This document shows, in pieces, positions 54,699 through 56,184 of a DNA stretch of 56,184 nucleotides (position 1 is the first letter of the stretch; each line of letters begins with the position of its first letter). Under the pieces are notes generated by a model that searched no databases, was not told the origin of the DNA, and was given only the letters and a program-made list of their open reading frames with translations. The translations under genes were made by a program, and so were the position numbers. Source of the DNA: Actinomycetota bacterium (lineage in GTDB: Bacteria; Actinomycetota; Acidimicrobiia; Acidimicrobiales; SZUA-35); the NCBI GenBank assembly GCA_039029335.1, contig JBCCGJ010000003.1:1-56184 (forward strand), read 5' to 3'.

Positions 54699-55436
54699 GT
54701 GCACGAGATACACGAGCTATTGCGAGCCCACCGTTCGATCCGCCGGTTCGTCGATGAGCCGCTCGATCGGGACGTGGTGGCCGACATCGTCCGGAGCGGC
54801 CTGTCGGCGGCGACGTCCAGCAACCTGCAGGCCACGACCGTCATCCGGGTGACCGATCCGGACCACCGTCGGGCCATCTCCGAGGTGGCCGGCGGCCAGG
54901 AGCAGATCCGGACCGCAGGGGCGTTCCTGGTCTGGTGCGCCGACCTGAACCGCACCAGAGTGGCCTGTGAGCTCGCCGGTGGGTCGATGACGTCCGGTAT
55001 GACCGAACAGTTCATCATCGCCACGGTCGACGTGTCGCTCGCCGCCCAGAACGCCGTCGTGGCCGCGGAGGCTCAGGGCTACGGGATCTGCTACATCGGG
55101 GCCATCCGGAACGACCCGCAGGTGGTGGCCGACCTGTTGGAGCTGCCGGATCACGTCTATCCGGTGTTCGGGCTTTGCATCGGGGTGCCGGACCAGGACC
55201 CAGAGGTCAAACCTCGGCTGCCGATCGACGTGGTGTTCAAGGATGATGTCTACGACACCTCGGACGATGTCGAACGGATAAACGCCTACGATGCGACCAT
55301 CCGGGAGTACTACCGAACCCGGTCCGGCGGTACCAAGGACAGTTCGTGGACCGAGGAGATGGCTCGGCTGGTCGACGGGGAGCGGCGGCCGCACATGCGG
55401 TCCTTCCTGGCCGACCGGGGCTTTGAACTGCGATAG
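54699..55436 (+). CDS. nfsA: Oxygen-insensitive NADPH nitroreductase / flavin reductase (NfsA/Frp family)
   Basis: HRSIRRF, AATSSNLQ, CADLNR, GICYIGAIRN and KPRLP motifs. Confidence 0.9.
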   Translation: MHEIHELLRAHRSIRRFVDEPLDRDVVADIVRSGLSAATSSNLQATTVIRVTDPDHRRAISEVAGGQEQIRTAGAFLVWCADLNRTRVACELAGGSMTSGMTEQFIIATVDVSLAAQNAVVAAEAQGYGICYIGAIRNDPQVVADLLELPDHVYPVFGLCIGVPDQDPEVKPRLPIDVVFKDDVYDTSDDVERINAYDATIREYYRTRSGGTKDSSWTEEMARLVDGERRPHMRSFLADRGFELR

Positions 55437-55494
55437 GTCTCCGCGCCACGTCCGGCTTTGAGGGTCCGTGCACCCGGGCGGTACAGTCGCCCGC

Positions 55495-56184
55495 ATGCGA
55501 CTCAGACAGATTGCCCTCGTTGCCGCCGAACTTCGATCGGTCGAGGAGGCGATCTGCGACCAGCTCGGCCTTGAGGTCTGTTACCGCGATCCCGGTCTGG
55601 CCGCGTTCGGCCTCCGGCACGGTCTCTACGCCATCGGCGACCGGATCCTCGAGGTTGTGGTTCCCAAACAACCCGGAACGACGGCGGAACGGTTCATCGA
55701 ACGCCGGGGTGGCGATGGCGGGTACATGGTCATCCTGCAGACCGATGACGTAGCGGCTGAGCGGCAACGGGTGACCGACGCCGGTATTCGTATCGTCCAC
55801 GATGGGGGCACGACCCAGCCGACCGTTGCGGATGGCGAGCAGCCGGCCACGATCCACGGCATCCATCTCCATCCTCGGGACGTTGGCGGCGCCATCGTCT
55901 CCATCGACCAGTCAGATCCTCCGGAGAGTTGGGGCTGGGCCGGTTACGACTGGGAGTACCACAGCCGGTCGGACGTCGTGACCGACATGGTGGCGGTTGA
56001 GATGCAGGCCACAGACCCCGACGCGATGGCCGAGCGGTGGAGCGTGGCGCTCGGCCGGACCGCCGACAACCGGGTCATGGAGCTGGACGACGCAACAATC
56101 CGGTTCGTCGCCGCCGCCGACGGCCGAGGTGACGGTCTTGCGGCAGCCGATCTGGTGGCCACCGACCGGTCACGAGCGGGTGAG
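55495..56184 (+). CDS. VOC/glyoxalase-like protein, partial (runs off the window end)
   Basis: Manual translation MRLRQIALVAAEL...RDPGLAAFGLRH...LEVVVP...GGDGGYMVILQ...HLHPRDVGG, open to the window end. TACAGT 7 nt upstream. Confidence 0.8.
   Translation, partial: MRLRQIALVAAELRSVEEAICDQLGLEVCYRDPGLAAFGLRHGLYAIGDRILEVVVPKQPGTTAERFIERRGGDGGYMVILQTDDVAAERQRVTDAGIRIVHDGGTTQPTVADGEQPATIHGIHLHPRDVGGAIVSIDQSDPPESWGWAGYDWEYHSRSDVVTDMVAVEMQATDPDAMAERWSVALGRTADNRVMELDDATIRFVAAADGRGDGLAAADLVATDRSRAGE

Overview
High-GC bacterial DNA, most likely from an Actinomycetota member, plausibly Acidimicrobiia. This is inferred from a mycoredoxin-like redoxin, an Rv0474-like XRE regulator, an SCO6745-family gene and pervasive leaderless TANNNT-N6/7-start promoters. 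About 50 CDS; no rRNA, tRNA, CRISPR, integrase or transposase was seen. Main contents: (1) a ~17 kb surface-polysaccharide operon (8472-25901) divergent from a membrane-anchored ECF sigma factor, with a Wzz-like/priming-transferase fusion, a Wzy-like polymerase fused to an FHA domain, a degenerate NYN coiled-coil protein, a beta-helix lipoprotein and a frameshifted algD-like gene; (2) two redoxin genes split or missed by the ORF track because each has an in-frame TGA at the catalytic Cys position followed by a SECIS-like hairpin, i.e. putative selenoproteins (UxxC peroxiredoxin-like at 32557-33114 and UPYC mycoredoxin/glutaredoxin-like at 54351-54635); (3) a 92-bp tandem element that duplicates the 3' end of aceA around a double-hairpin core; (4) an orphan astA operon, a 50-aa unannotated ORF opposite an Lrp regulator, a phasin-like/XRE pair, and assorted metabolic and redox genes. 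All family calls come from motif recognition by eye, not database searches.
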